Positions 14,341-27,071 of a DNA stretch of 64,000 nt are shown one piece after another (the stretch's first letter is position 1; each line of letters begins with the position of its first letter). A program made the position numbers and the translations under genes. Below the pieces are notes generated by a model that saw only the letters and a program-made list of their open reading frames with translations, was not told the origin of the DNA and made no database searches. The stretch spans positions 117,614,001 to 117,678,000 of the forward strand of contig OZ024745.1 of assembly GCA_964016885.1 (NCBI GenBank). The letters run 5' to 3'. Origin of the DNA: Eledone cirrhosa. Taxonomy: Eukaryota.

Positions 14341-15149
14341 TATAGATTAGACTACCTTCCAACAACATCATTAAAGACAATAATGTTTCTTCTCTGAAGA
14401 TTCTAAGAACATATTCTTTAAAATAATATATATGCATACACACACATATATAGAGAGCTGTTATATTGATATTATGCCTTAGATGAAACACTGTAAGGAG
14501 TAAATTTTATTTTTAAATATATTGCCTTCTCCTCCATTTATTTTTGCTTACACCTGCTCTGCTTACCTTCTGCACTTAACTCATTAAATATTAACCTTAC
14601 TAATATTGTTCCTCTAAGCATAGAGCACACTTCGCTTCGCTGAAATTATACACTCACAAAAACTAATGTATATAAACAGAAGTATTATTATATAATGCTA
14701 TATACATCCCTTTATGTTCTGAGTTCTCAGTAATTGAAAGTACCAGTATTGCACTGGCGTCGAATTAATTGTTGGTCTTGTGTCTAAATCAGAAACCATT
14801 ATATACTATTCCTCTTCTAGGTTAATTTACACACAAAATGTTATGTAATTTATACAAAAGAACATTAAAATATATTTTTCTATGACGCACATGAGGACTT
14901 CCTAACGAGGAACTTAAAAATTCTATAATTGGGGTGAAACATAACAAGAGATAGGACTATCATTATAATTAGATTTGTGAAATGAAGCTGTTTTATCAGG
15001 GAATGAATGTTAAAGTGGGCCTCATTAGTTGAAACCTAATAATTACAACACTAAGGCCAGCATGACAACAAAATATTTTATAATGTTTCAAATATTTTCA
15101 AAAATAATTAACTAACCTTTTTCATTATTAACCAGCTATGGTTAATAAT

Positions 15150-17946
15150 TCTATGAAATAAAATCACCCATTTTAAAGGTTTCCAATTTAAATTAAAATC
15201 TCTCAATGTAATTTTATATAGGAACTTTACATTAAGTTTCTATCAACAACTGACAATAAAAAAACTGAAAAAACTCTGGGAAACTAAATCAGAACAACCT
15301 GCCATCCCCTGCATATAATCAAAGACTGGAATCAAGGTACAAATTGTTGTCCTTGAATGCACGTAGTCTATGCAATAAGATTCATCTTTTTGACTCCTAC
15401 GTCAAAAGTATCAACCGTGACTTCATTACAGTCACGGAAACTTGGGCACATTCCTTACTCTGTGATGGGGTTTTCAGCATAACTGGCTACAACTTGTTTC
15501 GAAAAGACTGCATTAATCGTCGTGGTGGTGCTGTAATGGTCTACGTTCGGTCAAATTTGTCGGCAAATCCTTGTGTTGATTTGAACCAATCGCAGCAAGA
15601 AGTATTTTTTCTGCGATATACGTATGACCATGTCAACACTGCTACTTGGAGTTGTTTACCATCCCCCAAATTACCATCAGGACACTCAACTTTGTGATAT
15701 CTTTGCTGCCAGGAAAACAGCCACTTATGTTTTTATTGCAGGGGACTTCAATCACCCTGAGATTGACTGGGAAACCTTTTGTTGGCCGCCAAGTGCAGAT
15801 GACTTCCTTGAGCTAGTGATGGACTCGAATTGGTCCCAAGCAGTCACCTCCCCAACAAGAGGTGACAACACTTTGGACCTACTCTTCACCACTACTCCTG
15901 AAACGGTCATTAGTGTTACTGCTGAGGAACCTTTAGGTGACTCTGATCATGCTATGATCATTGCCAATCTATCCCTCAAGGGCAGTAACAAAAACCACAA
16001 CCATCTCCAAACTGCTCACTTTGACTGAAATAAAGCAGACTGGAACTGTTACTGCACCGAGTTGCAGCGTCCAAACTGGCTTGAGTTCTACAACTCTGGA
16101 GATGTCAATACTGTATTCCAGAACATCCTGAGCTCAATATAGACAGCATGTGCAGCATCGGTGCCACGTAAGCAGAAAAAACATCCCAAAAGTGCAATTG
16201 GGGAGACTGCAGCAGTCCGTCTTGCCAGAAAAGAACGTCGCAATGCTGAACGTGAGTACAAACTGCATAAATCAGATATCAATAGGAAGAGGCAAAATAA
16301 ATCATCCAACCATCTCAAACAGGTCACAAAAAAGGCAGTACTTCAATTTGAGTAGCGCATAGCAACCAGCCCTGACAGTAAGGTGTTCTGGAGGTATGTT
16401 CACTCAAAGCAGAGGCCTCACTCTCCAGTTGGTCCTCTTCGCAATCCCAACACAAGCCAGGTTACTGATGACCCCAAGGAATATGCAGAGCTCATTGCTG
16501 AATGCTATGCAGGCATTTTCACTATTGAAGGCCAGAGTGTACCGTCTCCACCACCTATGAGACTGGATTCTATTACAACTATGGAATTTACACCTGCAAT
16601 GCTGCGACATCACCTTAAAAATAAATGCAACCATGACTTTGCTAAAGCTTTCAATTCTGTGCCACACAAAAGGCTTATGGCAAAACTCTCTGCAATGGGT
16701 GTGAAGGATGATCTTTTTAACTGGTTGAAGTCCTTCATGCTCAATCGAAGAGAGGTAGTCATGGTTCTAGGACAGCATTCCTCACCATATGAGATGTCAT
16801 CTGGTGTACCACAGGGATCTGTTCTTGGCCCCCTTTTGTTTGTGGCATATATTAATGACATAGATGCCAACTTAAAGAATGCCACAGTACTGAAATATGC
16901 AGATGACATCAAGCTGTACCTTGAGATAAAAAGGACAGATCCTGAACACTATAGATCTTGCCTGCAATCTGACCTGGACACAATGCAACAATGGATCACA
17001 GACTGGCAACTCAAGCTGGCTGTGGACAAGTACACCACCATGCATTTTGGGAGTAAAACCCCAGCGTCCACATACTCCCTCCACAACACTAATATCAAGA
17101 AGTCTTCTTGTGAACGTGACCTGGGTATTATGGTCAGCAGCGATTTGCGTTGGATGAAACACGTCTCTAAAATTGTCAAGAAGGCCGAGGGTGTCTTAGC
17201 ATCACTCAGCAAGACCTTTGTCAGCCGCTCTCCAGCTATCTATTTAAATCTGTATATAGCTATGGTGCGGCCACACTTATAATTTGCATCACCAGTCTGG
17301 AACCCCTATCTTGCTCAGAATATTGACCACCTGGAAACTGTTCAGAGACGTGCAACCAAGCGAATACCCTCCATCAGGCATCTACCATACTCTGAGCGCC
17401 TTGCTTCCGTGGGCATGGATACATTGAAGCTCCGACGCCTGGCAACTGACTTGGTAAACACCCACAAAATTATTAACCATCTTACCAACAACAACCCTGA
17501 GTACCTTTTTGACTTCCATGTGTCTACAAAGTCAGGAAACAGCACAGCTCCCATGACTTTCAGAAACATTTTTTCACGCTCAGAGTTGCTGAAGCATGGA
17601 ACAAACTACCTGCATCAGTTATTAGCTGTTTAGACACTGCATCCTTTAAAACCTCCATGCTTCCTGAGATTCGCCAACACTACACCTAATGTTCCCCCTC
17701 CTTACACATACACACATGTATATCATGACTCATACACTATTCACTTCCCTGACATTTGTATATTATTCTATGTACTATACATGCACCTTTGACAAGTTGT
17801 AGTGCACCTGAGCACTTTACACAATAATTTCTTTATTATTATTATTATCTCAGTAATGAAATAATTAATAATTTTAGTAAATCCCTCAAAATTCTTCATT
17901 AATTAATTTGTATATTTCATTAGAAATACAGTGATGAGAGGGTTAA
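15150..17946 (-). mobile_element. piggyBac-type MITE family 2, split in two by a CR1 insertion (arms ~15150-15244 and ~17849-17946)
   Basis: The two arms joined match the reverse complement of the intact copy at 58165-58410; ends GAGAGGG-TTAA at 17946. Confidence 0.75.
15245..17848 (+). mobile_element. Decayed CR1-clade LINE (APE endonuclease + RT, internal deletion, (ATT)n tail)
   Basis: LNARSL..TETW..GYNLFRKD..GG; GDFNHPEIDW; PTRGDNTLDL..SDH; DFAKAFNSVPH, SGVPQGSVLGPLLF, YADD, RPHL; tail TTATTATTATTAT at ~17834-17848. Confidence 0.95.
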
Positions 17947-18510
17947 GTTAGGGCAATGGCAAATACTACAAATCATTAGAGGATTGTTGTCCAACCCTCT
18001 AATGATTTGTAGTATTTGTTCAGTTTTGATAATTCAAATGTTTATAGTATCTTTACTAGTGGGACAGATTGTTTTGAACATTTTTTCCATGCTTGCATGG
18101 GTTAGCCAGGCTGTCACACTATGAAGCCAGACAGGTCAGGGGACCATGACTCATACATTCTGGTTTCCATGAAACATTCTTGTATAACAACCACCAATTA
18201 TCTTTTCTGTTTTTTTCTTTTTGCTATGTTCCACATTTCTGATCCATACAAGAAAACAGACACCAATGTTGCAATAAAAAGCATTTATTCTGGATGTCCT
18301 CTCTTAATGCCAATCACTTCACAACATGTACTGGCAGCATTTCTCATAGCACCAGGTTACATATTTTCTTGGCACCAGTTTGACCACCTTACAGGATGGA
18401 CTTTGTATTTCTCAAATCAGTCTTAATGTCAAATCTTTATTTTAATATTTGAATTTAGAACAATGTATGCTTTACTCATTAACCTTTCTGTTCCTACCAA
18501 AGTACAACCA

Positions 18511-18648
<138 letters not shown>

Positions 18649-19014
18649 ATGTATCAAACATTAAATTCAACCAGTGAACATGCTGCAATCAGCATCATGA
18701 CCCTTGCAAAATTATTTATACAGAAGAAATAAAAAAGTGTTATTAAGTTGATGTTTTGTGTTCCTGGTGAGTGATAGGGTGCTGGAAAAAAAGAAATACC
18801 CCAAATGAGAAAAAAACAGTTGTATTCCAACATTAGTCATAGAATTTGTACCAGAATAATGCACTGTTTGATTGTAGTTATGTAAGAAAGTGTGACTCAG
18901 ACTACTTCGTAAACAAAACATCCTTGTAAAGGTCATTATTGAGGCCACAGTTTCAATATGGTAAACAAGAATTTTAGAAAAATATCTATTTTTTTTTCTT
19001 TAGATTCAAATAGT

Positions 19015-19355
19015 TACTACGTTCTATGTATGGACCTGTAACCCCTGGAGTCATACGGGCACCTTTATAACATATGGTGTTTTGGGGTCATTTTAAACCT
19101 GGTGGAGCCCATTCTTCTCCTGGGTCTTAACACTACCAATTTCTTACTGAGAAGGAGAGAGAATGATAGAAGGGAAGTGAGAGAGATATAGAGGAAGAAT
19201 CGACCCCAGTACTAGACTGGTACTTTTTTATTGACTTTGAAAAGATGAAAGGTAAAGTTGATCATGGCAGTATTTGAACTTTGAGAGCAGGGAGCTGGAA
19301 TGAATACTGCAAAGCATTCTATCCAATGTTCTAATGACTTTACCATTTCACTACC
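19015..19355 (-). mobile_element. tRNA-derived SINE (long form)
   Basis: Reverse-complement homology to 8953-9285 and similarity to 45160-45553. Confidence 0.8.
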
Positions 19356-19375
19356 AGTTATTACTACTTTACTGG

Positions 19376-19560
19376 GCGGTGGATTGGCAGTATCAGTAGA
19401 GGGTCGGACGCCATGCTTTCCAGCATAGTTACGTCCCTTTACGGTCTGAGTTCAAATCCCGCCAAGGTTAACTTTGCCTTTCATCCTTACGGGGTCGATA
19501 AAATAAAGTACCAGTAATGTACTGGGTAATTGCTGGCCTTGTGCCTAAAGTAGAAACAGT
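19376..19560 (+). mobile_element. Young tRNA-derived SINE (short form) with ~20-bp TSD
   Basis: GGTGGATTGGCAGTATC..GAGTTCAAATCCCGCC..GTAGAAAC; flanking direct repeat CAGTTATTACTACTTTACTGGG. Confidence 0.92.
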
Positions 19561-19719
19561 TATTACTACTTTACTGGGGGATAAATCTTATAGAGGATTT
19601 CACACTGGTTTAGTTGACCCCAAAACTTTGCTGGCTACCATGACTAGTGAGTAGCAATAAAAATATGAAATATCTCACAGCAAATCTCACACAATATGTA
19701 TCCCTTCTGATACCTACCA

Positions 19720-19908
19720 ACACATTTTAAAGGATTCCTGCTTAAATTAAAACCTTCCAACATAATTTTACAAAAGAACCTTTTGTTATTAACTTAGGTA
19801 ATAAATACCATTTTAATCATGAAATAATTAATAATTTACATAAAACTCCCTCAATATTTTTCAATAATTAATTTTAATACATTATAAATATGGCAATGAA
19901 AAGGTTAA
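19720..19908 (-). mobile_element. piggyBac-type MITE family 2, partial
   Basis: Homology to 17849-17946; ends GAAAAGG-TTAA. Confidence 0.6.
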
Positions 19909-20120
19909 CCCTTTAACATTTAAACCGGCCATATCTGGCCAGAATTCTCTCACCTCTTTCTCTTCATACTGGCCGTAACTTGTCACTCATGCTGATGTAA
20001 AGGTATTGTTCTCAAAATAAATAATATCAAAATCTCATAGATTCAATATTATGTGAGATAAAGCCTTTATCATGAAAATATGATAGTAAATATAGAGTAA
20101 TGTAAATGGTAAAGGGTTAA
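19905..20120. mobile_element. piggyBac-type MITE family 1
   Basis: TTAA-CCCTTTAACATTTA...TAAATGGTAAAGGG-TTAA. Confidence 0.88.
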
Positions 20121-20542
20121 TACAGGAAATGTTACAGTACAATTGAAAGTATGATGAAGAAAGCTTTTAGCTTCCACTTAGTACATAGCTATAGAAAATA
20201 CTTGTCAGTCAGTGTCTAGTTGTAATTTAGCCTCATATCTACCCTGATCACACAGACATGATTAAAGGCATCTCAGCATTCAGGCAGATGTCATCTAGGA
20301 TTGTATTATCCAATATATTCTTCCAATTTCGAGATTATAAAAAGTAATTAAAGTGGGATTGGGCCACTATTTCTAGCAAATCCAATAACTACATGGAGGC
20401 CCCTTTGTTGTTTAGTCTTAAGTCAGCCCTGTTTGAGAAGATCTTTGATCAAAATATTCCAATCACATCTTATTTTTAGATATAATATACCTTTGACTAC
20501 ATTATTCAATGTCCCTTTTTTTTAAAGACAGTAAGGTGTGGT

Positions 20543-20991
20543 TTAACCCTTTCATGACTGCATCATCATCATCATCATCATCATCATCATTTTACGTCCG
20601 CTTTTCCCTGCTTGCAAGGGTGGGACGGGACCTATTCAGCACAGCATCTCTCCATTTGTCACGGCCCTTCGTCATCTCCACCGTGAGCTTCAGCGATCTG
20701 AGGTCTGCTCTCACCAGCTCCGCCCATGTTTTTCGTGGTTTTCCTCTACTACGTCTTCCTTCAACTGGCATTTCTTAGCACTTCTTCACCCATCGGTCAT
20801 CCTCCATGCGCATCACATGTCCATACCATCGCAGTCTCCTCTCCTGCACACAACAATTTATCCCTCTCTCAATACATCCATGCTCGGCCGTTCACGCATA
20901 TCTAATGAAATACAATCTATGTCAATTAATTCATGAAAAAGTTTGAGGGATTTACTAAAATTATTAATTATTTTGTTACTAAGATAGTAAC
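20543..20991 (+). mobile_element. piggyBac-type MITE family 2, 5' part, interrupted by RTE fragment
   Basis: TTAACCCTTTCATGACTGCA, then resumes at ~20899 with TATCTAATGAAATACA..GAGGGATTTACTAAAATTATTAATT, matching 58165-58280. Confidence 0.7.
20562..20898 (-). mobile_element. RTE LINE 3' end with (GAT)n tail
   Basis: (CAT)n on + strand, then reverse-coded RTE C-terminus (LRWYGHVMRM..GKPRKTW); near-identical to 57525-57760. Confidence 0.88.
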
Positions 20992-21224
20992 CATCGCCGC
21001 CATCCGTGGTAATGATGCGAGCATATTGGCTTGCCTCAAAGTGGTCAACCCTTATGATGTGATGTGCGACCAATTGTCACACTTGGTGGTGAATTGATAT
21101 ATTTTGGTGTATATATATATGATGTATATATATAGATCATGTGTGTATATATGTATATATATATACACTGTATGTGTATGTGTGTATATATATATACATA
21201 TATATGTATATTTGTGTGTGTATG

Positions 21225-21469
21225 TTATGTTGGTACCACAAAACTTCCACTGTAAAGTGGTCGTGTAGGTGTCATGACAAAAAGCACCCAGCACACACTG
21301 TAAATGTGGTTGGTGCTAGGAAGGGCATCCAGCCGTAGAAAACCAGCCAGAAACAGTCCTATATGAGCGAGACACGGTCAACTGATGCAACTTGCCTCTA
21401 AATGGGACAAACCCGTCTAACCCATGCTAGTGTGGAAGATAGACGTTAAACGATGATGATGATGATGAT
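21225..21469 (+). mobile_element. SINE 3' part with RTE-derived tail and (GAT)n
   Basis: GGAAGGGCATCCAGCCGTAGAAA..CCCGTCTAACCCATGCTAG..GACGTTAAACGATGATG. Confidence 0.85.
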
Positions 21470-21757
21470 GTGTTGTATTTGTGAGGTTACTAGCAATAAT
21501 TAATTGTATTTGTTATATTTGTGTTTATATTTTCATTCTAAAGGAATTACGAGGAATGTGTAATATTATTTATGTATATATTTAAAATAAATAAATTCTA
21601 TATAAAGTATATGTTATTTTATGCCTGAGAAATGGGCAAAAAATCGAAACCCTGTATATAAGTTGGGGCAGTTAATCAACACATTATGTTTTGATGGTAT
21701 GGCTTTGAAATTCTCAAGAGTGGAGAATATATTTATGAAGTTTTAATATTTTCATGT

Positions 21758-21981
21758 TTAACCAGCATTTAAACCGGCCACATCCCGCCAGAATTCTCTC
21801 ATTTCTTTCTGTTCAAACCAGTTGTAACCGGCCACTCATACTGATGTTAAGGTATTGTTGACAAAATAAATAATATCAAAATCTTATAGATTCGATATTA
21901 TGTGAGATATTATGTAAGATAAAACCTTTGCCACAAAAATACATTAGTATATATAGAATAACGTAAATACTAAAGGGTTAA
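21758..21981. mobile_element. piggyBac-type MITE family 1
   Basis: Internal homology; right end TAAATACTAAAGGG-TTAA; left TIR has a small deletion. Confidence 0.82.
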
Positions 21982-22274
21982 AATGTTTTAAGCGTCATTT
22001 AGAGTATAGTTTTTGTTTCACAACTCCATTATGTAATGAGTTTATATTAAGTTTCAACAAGTTTCTCGAGTGTTTGTTTACCTCCGGACACTCAGATGCT
22101 AGGAGTACTTTGAGAGAGAAATGTCAAATAAGAGAACTTTCAACAGCAGGAGTTTTATTATTCAGAATTATAAATAACATTACAAATTGTTTATAATTCT
22201 TACAGAGTAAAAATAAAAACACGTATAAAATACAATTTCCAATCACAGTAGTTTTACAATATATATACACAGAG

Positions 22275-23015
22275 GGCATACGCCAAAACGGCCGGTCGCA
22301 AAAGTGAAACTAATTTTTGACAGTTACGTACGTTATTACTTTCAATTTGGATTGTGAATTTGTTTGTTTTTTACAACAGGTCTCAATAAACAATTTCAAA
22401 ATATCCAAAATATCTTCAACTAAGGTAACGCGACCATACACTCGTCCAGCCATATTTGATGTGACACTGTATTACAATCCAGCCCTTCGGTGCTTCGTTT
22501 AAAAAAAAAAAAAAAAAAAATTCCCAGCCCTTTTGACGCCAATCTGCCTTTCTGACCCCAGCTGCTCCTCTGACCCAAATCCCTTATCATTCTCTGTCCT
22601 TCTTATGACCCTACCTTAATTTCTTTGGCGACAGAGAGTTGGTGCCAACAAGTTTGGCGAGATGATCAACTGTATTTTAGCTATTTATAGGGTGTAATAA
22701 GGGTTTTCAATATTTATTTATTTCAACACACAATGTCATTATTTAAATAAGGGTTTTCAATATTTATTTATTTCAACACACAATGTCATTATTTAAAAAA
22801 AAAATTTCCGTACACACAATACACAAAAAAAGAATTAAAAAAAATTATCACGTACACGCAATACTAATTAACACCATCAACAAAATTCACTTTCACTATT
22901 GAGACCTGTTGTAAAAAAAACAAACAAATTCACAATCCAAATTGAAAGTAATGACGTACGTAATTGTCGTCAAAAATTAGTTTCACTTTTGCGACCGGCC
23001 GTTTTGACGTATGCC
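22275..23015. mobile_element. Non-autonomous Mutator-like (MULE) DNA transposon, ~115-bp TIRs, 9-bp TSD TACACAGAG
   Basis: GGCATACGCCAAAACGGCCGGTCGCAAAAGTG... and ...CACTTTTGCGACCGGCCGTTTTGACGTATGCC; TACACAGAG at 22266-22274 and 23016-23024. Confidence 0.92.
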
Positions 23016-23024
23016 TACACAGAG

Positions 23025-24780
23025 TATATATAAAAGAATATTAAAAAAAGATTACAAATGAAAAAGAAATTATACAAGGATGGAAATATGCAAAATAAAG
23101 ATAAAAACAAAATTAAGTAATGAAAAGATGGGGGTGGGTAAAGAAGGGCAGATCTGGCTGTATGGGAAAGTAGAGGAAAGGACAATAAATGCCATAAATG
23201 AGAAGAAAAGGAGGGAAAAAGCAAGGACTCTTGGGCCACAGAAGAGAGGGTGGGGAAGGAGAAAGGATTATGGGCTCTGTGCCTAGGGCAGGGCTGTGTT
23301 TGGGCTGTGCCCCACGGACAAAACGGCAAAGGCATTTCTGTGGACAATGACCAGTGACACCTGCTGCAACAGCCACCCCACTTTATGTTCTTCAGATGGG
23401 CTGTTGACGTTCCAATTTTGTGGAGGAACTGAGCAGTACGGGGTCTCAAGACATCTGAGGTCTCGACGATGGCCAGTACGAAGAGGAAGCGACCAGACAA
23501 GCCCTGGTATTTGTTGGTCTCCCTTTCTTCTGCATTGTGGGATGCAATACTGGGGTTTGTGGTCGAAGCAACTAAGATGGAGGCAGAGAACTTGTGACGT
23601 CCCAGATGAGGGATCTACCTCGTTTGAAAGGGAAGATGGTAATTCTATCAAGGCGTTTACCGTCTCTGTGGTCAAGGCCTGCAGTTGTGATGGGAAGCCA
23701 GCTGCGTCCAGGCTCCTTGCCATTATGTCGTTGAGAACGGCATGACAGGGGAACCAGCCGAATGACAAGATAGTGGGTGCAGGCTCCACAACATAATTTG
23801 CGAGTGCACTTGTCAACAAGAAGGGTACCGGTTAATGAAGAGGGCACTGAATTGAACCACGCACCACTGTTTGGCTGTGAAACGGATCGGAGGCATGTGA
23901 AGCAGTATTGGTCGAAGCCAGATTCAGTCTGCCTGAAGGTAGACCTGCACTTGATGTTCCAGTTTTGTTGGACATTTATATACTGGGGCTGGAGAGGCCT
24001 TCGCCTGTCCAGTCGGCCAGAGCCTGTCTAGTTCTTGAGCCATGCTAGGTTCTGCGGTATTGCTGAGAACCTCACTGATGAAGTAGGCCGGTAGTGCCAG
24101 ATCTGAAGCAGATCGGCGGTTGTGGCCACTGAACCTCACTGGGAGCTTCTCTGGTTGCCAGCCAGCACAATCGAAATTAACATTGCAAATGAGTTCCTCA
24201 CAGCATCGGATGGTGGCGTTGAGTTCACTGAGGTGATCTGCGTGGGGATGACAAGATACACCGTGCAGTGTGAACAAGAATTTGGGGAGGGCGAAGCAGT
24301 TCCTCAAAAGTAAAAATGCCAAGTGAACGTCAATGAGAGGCAGCCTCTCTGCCATTCACGACAGGTCTGCATGTTTGGTATCCAGATTCTCTCTTGTGGC
24401 TTTCGAGAGAATTGGAGAGCCAAGAGTGCAGGTGGCATCCTTGGGTGTTAGCTGAGCACTGGACAAGGTAGGATGGATGCTGAATACGGCATTGTGGAAT
24501 TTGGCCTCTCCGTACCTAATGTTTATCATCTTGAACTTGGATGGGTTGATCTCGAGTCTGAGGAGCTTTAGAGCTGGGATGATTAGCCAAAAGTACTGAA
24601 CTACTGTCTCATCCAAGCCACCCAGGGTCGTGTCGTCTAGGTACCAATTGTTGAAGGGCGACTGGACAGAGCAGGCAACGTTGTCAACTGTCAGCGCAAA
24701 GAGGAGTAAGCTAAGTGGGCCTCCTTGCTGAACACCTGTAGCGGAAGTGACCTTGTTGTCAGGGGCATTCATAGAGTAGA
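23025..24780 (-). mobile_element. Decayed CRE-clade non-LTR retrotransposon (RT + restriction-like endonuclease), 5'-truncated
   Basis: SATGVQQGGPLS, WYLDD, ALPK, LPVRFSG..SASDLALPAYF, HAVLNDIMARSL, DGKRLD.ITIFPFKRGRSLIWDVT, FV.AIVETS. Confidence 0.85.
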
Positions 24781-24834
24781 AGGGGGAGACAGCCAGTGAG
24801 AGTGAGGGGAGGCAGAACAAGAAAAAGAGAGTCC

Positions 24835-25025
24835 TGTGCATCTTTATGCAGCCCTTATCCTTCATACACTTCACATGTCCATACCACTGCAATCTCCTTC
24901 CTTGTACACTGCATCTGATCGCTCTTATACCCAGTTTCTCTCTCACTTTCTTGACACTTCACCAATCATCTATATTAACTATTGCACATCCATTGAAGCA
25001 TACAAGCTTCATTTCTTTCCACGTT
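24835..25025 (-). mobile_element. RTE LINE fragment
   Basis: REKLGIRAIRCSVQGRRLQWYGHV. Confidence 0.8.
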
Positions 25026-25043
25026 CCCAGGTCTCACATTCAT

Positions 25044-25122
25044 GCAGCAACAGCAGCAGTAATAGTAGTTGCAGCAGCAGCAGCAGCAGTAGTAGCGGCG
25101 GCGGCGGCGGCAGCAGCAGCAG
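25044..25122. repeat. Imperfect trinucleotide repeat (CAG/TAG/CGG)n
   Basis: Direct reading. Confidence 0.9.
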
Positions 25123-25274
25123 CTATTGTGATAGACTATGAATTAATACATTTTCGCGGTTCTGTTGTTTGATTGGTCCATCAGGACAGAGTGGTTAAGA
25201 GGAGAGGGAGGTAAATAAGAGGCGACCAGACCTCAGTCCTACAGATGTACTATTGTAAATTAGACTGGGAAACG

Positions 25275-25412
25275 TATTTATAAACAAATGAAGCGAAGCA
25301 GAAGTCCTGCTACAAAAGAGGTCAGAAAATTTGTTTATAAACAAATGAAGCGAAGCAGAAGTCCTTCTTCAAAAGAGGTTAGAAAATTTATTTATAAACA
25401 AAGGAAGTAATG
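25275..25412. repeat. 57-bp tandem repeat, ~2.4 copies
   Basis: TTTATAAACAAATGAAGCGAAGCAGAAGTCC at ~25277 and ~25334, partial at ~25392. Confidence 0.85.
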
Positions 25413-25649
25413 CAGGAAGATAGGGAGAAAATACTAAGGCAGGTAGAGAGAAAGAAAGAGTGACCACATGTGCTATATCGTTATGAATTGGCGATTTATA
25501 TGTATATAATGTTTTAAACAGTGTAGAATTACAAAAAGTTGGAATAGAAGACTCTTACATTGTTGAATATGTCTAACACAACAAACAAATATTAATGAAG
25601 TTGAAAACAAGTGAGAAAAAACGAGTATCAACAAAGAGCTTATAAAACA

Positions 25650-26130
25650 CGTGGACTGAGGCGGCGGGAGGAGGATAGAAAGCTAACGGTTAGACAGAAG
25701 TCGTTCGCTGGGAAATTGTTCTTCTAGATTTTTTCGTATGTTTCCAGCAAATCTGACCTCCAAATCAGTCGGAAACCTCTCGTATTTTTGTTTTCATGGA
25801 AAACCGGGGCGGGGTGTCTCAGAGTTTCTCACCCTCGGAGGTTTCGTTGGTGGAAATTTTCTTTTGTTTTTTTTTTCGTGTTTTCATCGAATCTGAAAAT
25901 CCTTCCAAATCCGTCAGAAAGTAAGAATAAAATGCGACTATCTCTCAGTTTGCCGAACACTCACGCATTTATATATATTTGTGTACATGTAGTCGTATGT
26001 GTATCTCTGGTGTTTTGAAAATGAAATTGTTGTTCCTTCGTCTTAAGTCGGAAACGACTCGAATTTTTTTAAACGGGGATGGGCTGCCTTCGGAGTTGTC
26101 TTTAAAATTAATTTTTCACCCCGTTTCTTT
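25650..26130 (+). promoter_or_regulatory. CpG-enriched, non-repetitive region: probable promoter/first exon of the C10orf143-like gene
   Basis: Locally many CpG, GC box GGGGCGGGG at ~25806, donor sites GAG|GTTTCG (25840) and AAA|GTAAGA (25920). Confidence 0.5.
25796..25840 (+). CDS. Candidate first coding exon (MENRGGVSQSFSPSE) of C10orf143-like gene
   Basis: ATG at 25796 and phase-0 GT donor at 25841 match the phase-0 acceptor at 26333; donor is weak, and the exon could instead be non-coding and end at 25920. Confidence 0.4.
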
Positions 26131-26332
26131 TTTTTATGTTTTCAACGAATCTAACTTTTAAAACTTGGAAATTCTTTTTTTTTTTTTTTTTTCAGTTAAC
26201 CTAATGTGGGGTTGTGGTTAGGGTTTGTGTGTGTGTGTATATATATATATATATCATACAATGGGAGGGAAAATATCTACTTGATCTTTTTATTGTTGAA
26301 TAATGTAATTATCTGACTTTCTTTCTCTGTAG

Positions 26333-26482
26333 TTTAACACAAATATCTCCTTCGTATCTTCAAATCTTCCACCTCAACCAGAAGCCAATGACGACAGTAT
26401 GGATGTTTCATCTTCTCCATATTCACACACTGTCATATATTCCCAGCCCCGATCATGCATTAAGTGTGCTGCGGGAGACTCT
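26333..26482 (+). CDS. C10orf143: Internal exon of C10orf143-like small protein (FNTNISFVSSNLPPQPEANDDSMDVSSSPYSHTVIYSQPRSCIKCAAGDS)
   Basis: Acceptor CTTTCTTTCTCTGTAG, donor TCT|GTAAGT, 150 nt, open phase 0; CxxCxAGxS continues into GHINH in the next exon, resembling the recalled C10orf143 C-terminus (CPRCIAGESGH). Confidence 0.75.
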
Positions 26483-26574
26483 GTAAGTATTATAACTGTT
26501 TAATGACTGCATTAGCTTAATTCTTCATTTGCTTCATGTCTATGAAGTAATTTTCCTTTCATATATATCCAAGT

Positions 26575-26815
26575 AGGCAGAGTCGTTAGAACATTGGATA
26601 GAATGCTTTGTAAAGTACTAGTCCAGTGCTGGGGTCGATTCTTCCGCCATAATTCTTTTTCACTTCCTCTATATTACTTTCTCTTCTTTTTCTGGAAGAA
26701 ATCGTCTGTGTTCAAACCTGGAGAAGGGATGAGCTCCTAGGTTCTGAAATACCCAAGACTGTCACTACAGCACCACTACAAATCCATTTGGAGTTTCAAG
26801 CCCATACATACAATT
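26575..26815 (+). mobile_element. tRNA-derived SINE (long form, internally deleted)
   Basis: GGCAGAGTCGTTAGAACATTGGATAG head and 3' part homologous to 8953-9285. Confidence 0.7.
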
Positions 26816-27071
26816 AACCAAGTAATGGGATAGTATCCATAGCTTCTACAAAAATTTGCCTTCAAGGGTGTTCTCTGGGATGGGATGCTAGGTAACTAGT
26901 TAAGCTTCAGCACCATGAAGCTAAAATTGTAAATGATACACAAAACTGTTTATAGTAAACTTTTAAAAAAATAGTTTTTGTGATGAAAGATTTACTCTAA
27001 ACATGATTATCCTTATCCGGGTTATCTCCCTTAACATATTCAAGTGTACAATTATATCATTGTATTATTTG

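Noticed and set aside
19376-19460. tRNA genes at SINE heads (also 27072, 33046, 37218 and others)
   Set aside because: A/B boxes present, but no complete cloverleaf, and each continues into a SINE body
24836-25172. Poly-Ser/Gly or poly-Ala ORFs
   Set aside because: Trinucleotide repeat joined to antisense RTE sequence
26862-27034. Kolobok-like MITE (AGGG...CCCT-TAA)
   Set aside because: TIR and left TTAA too degenerate; only one copy seen
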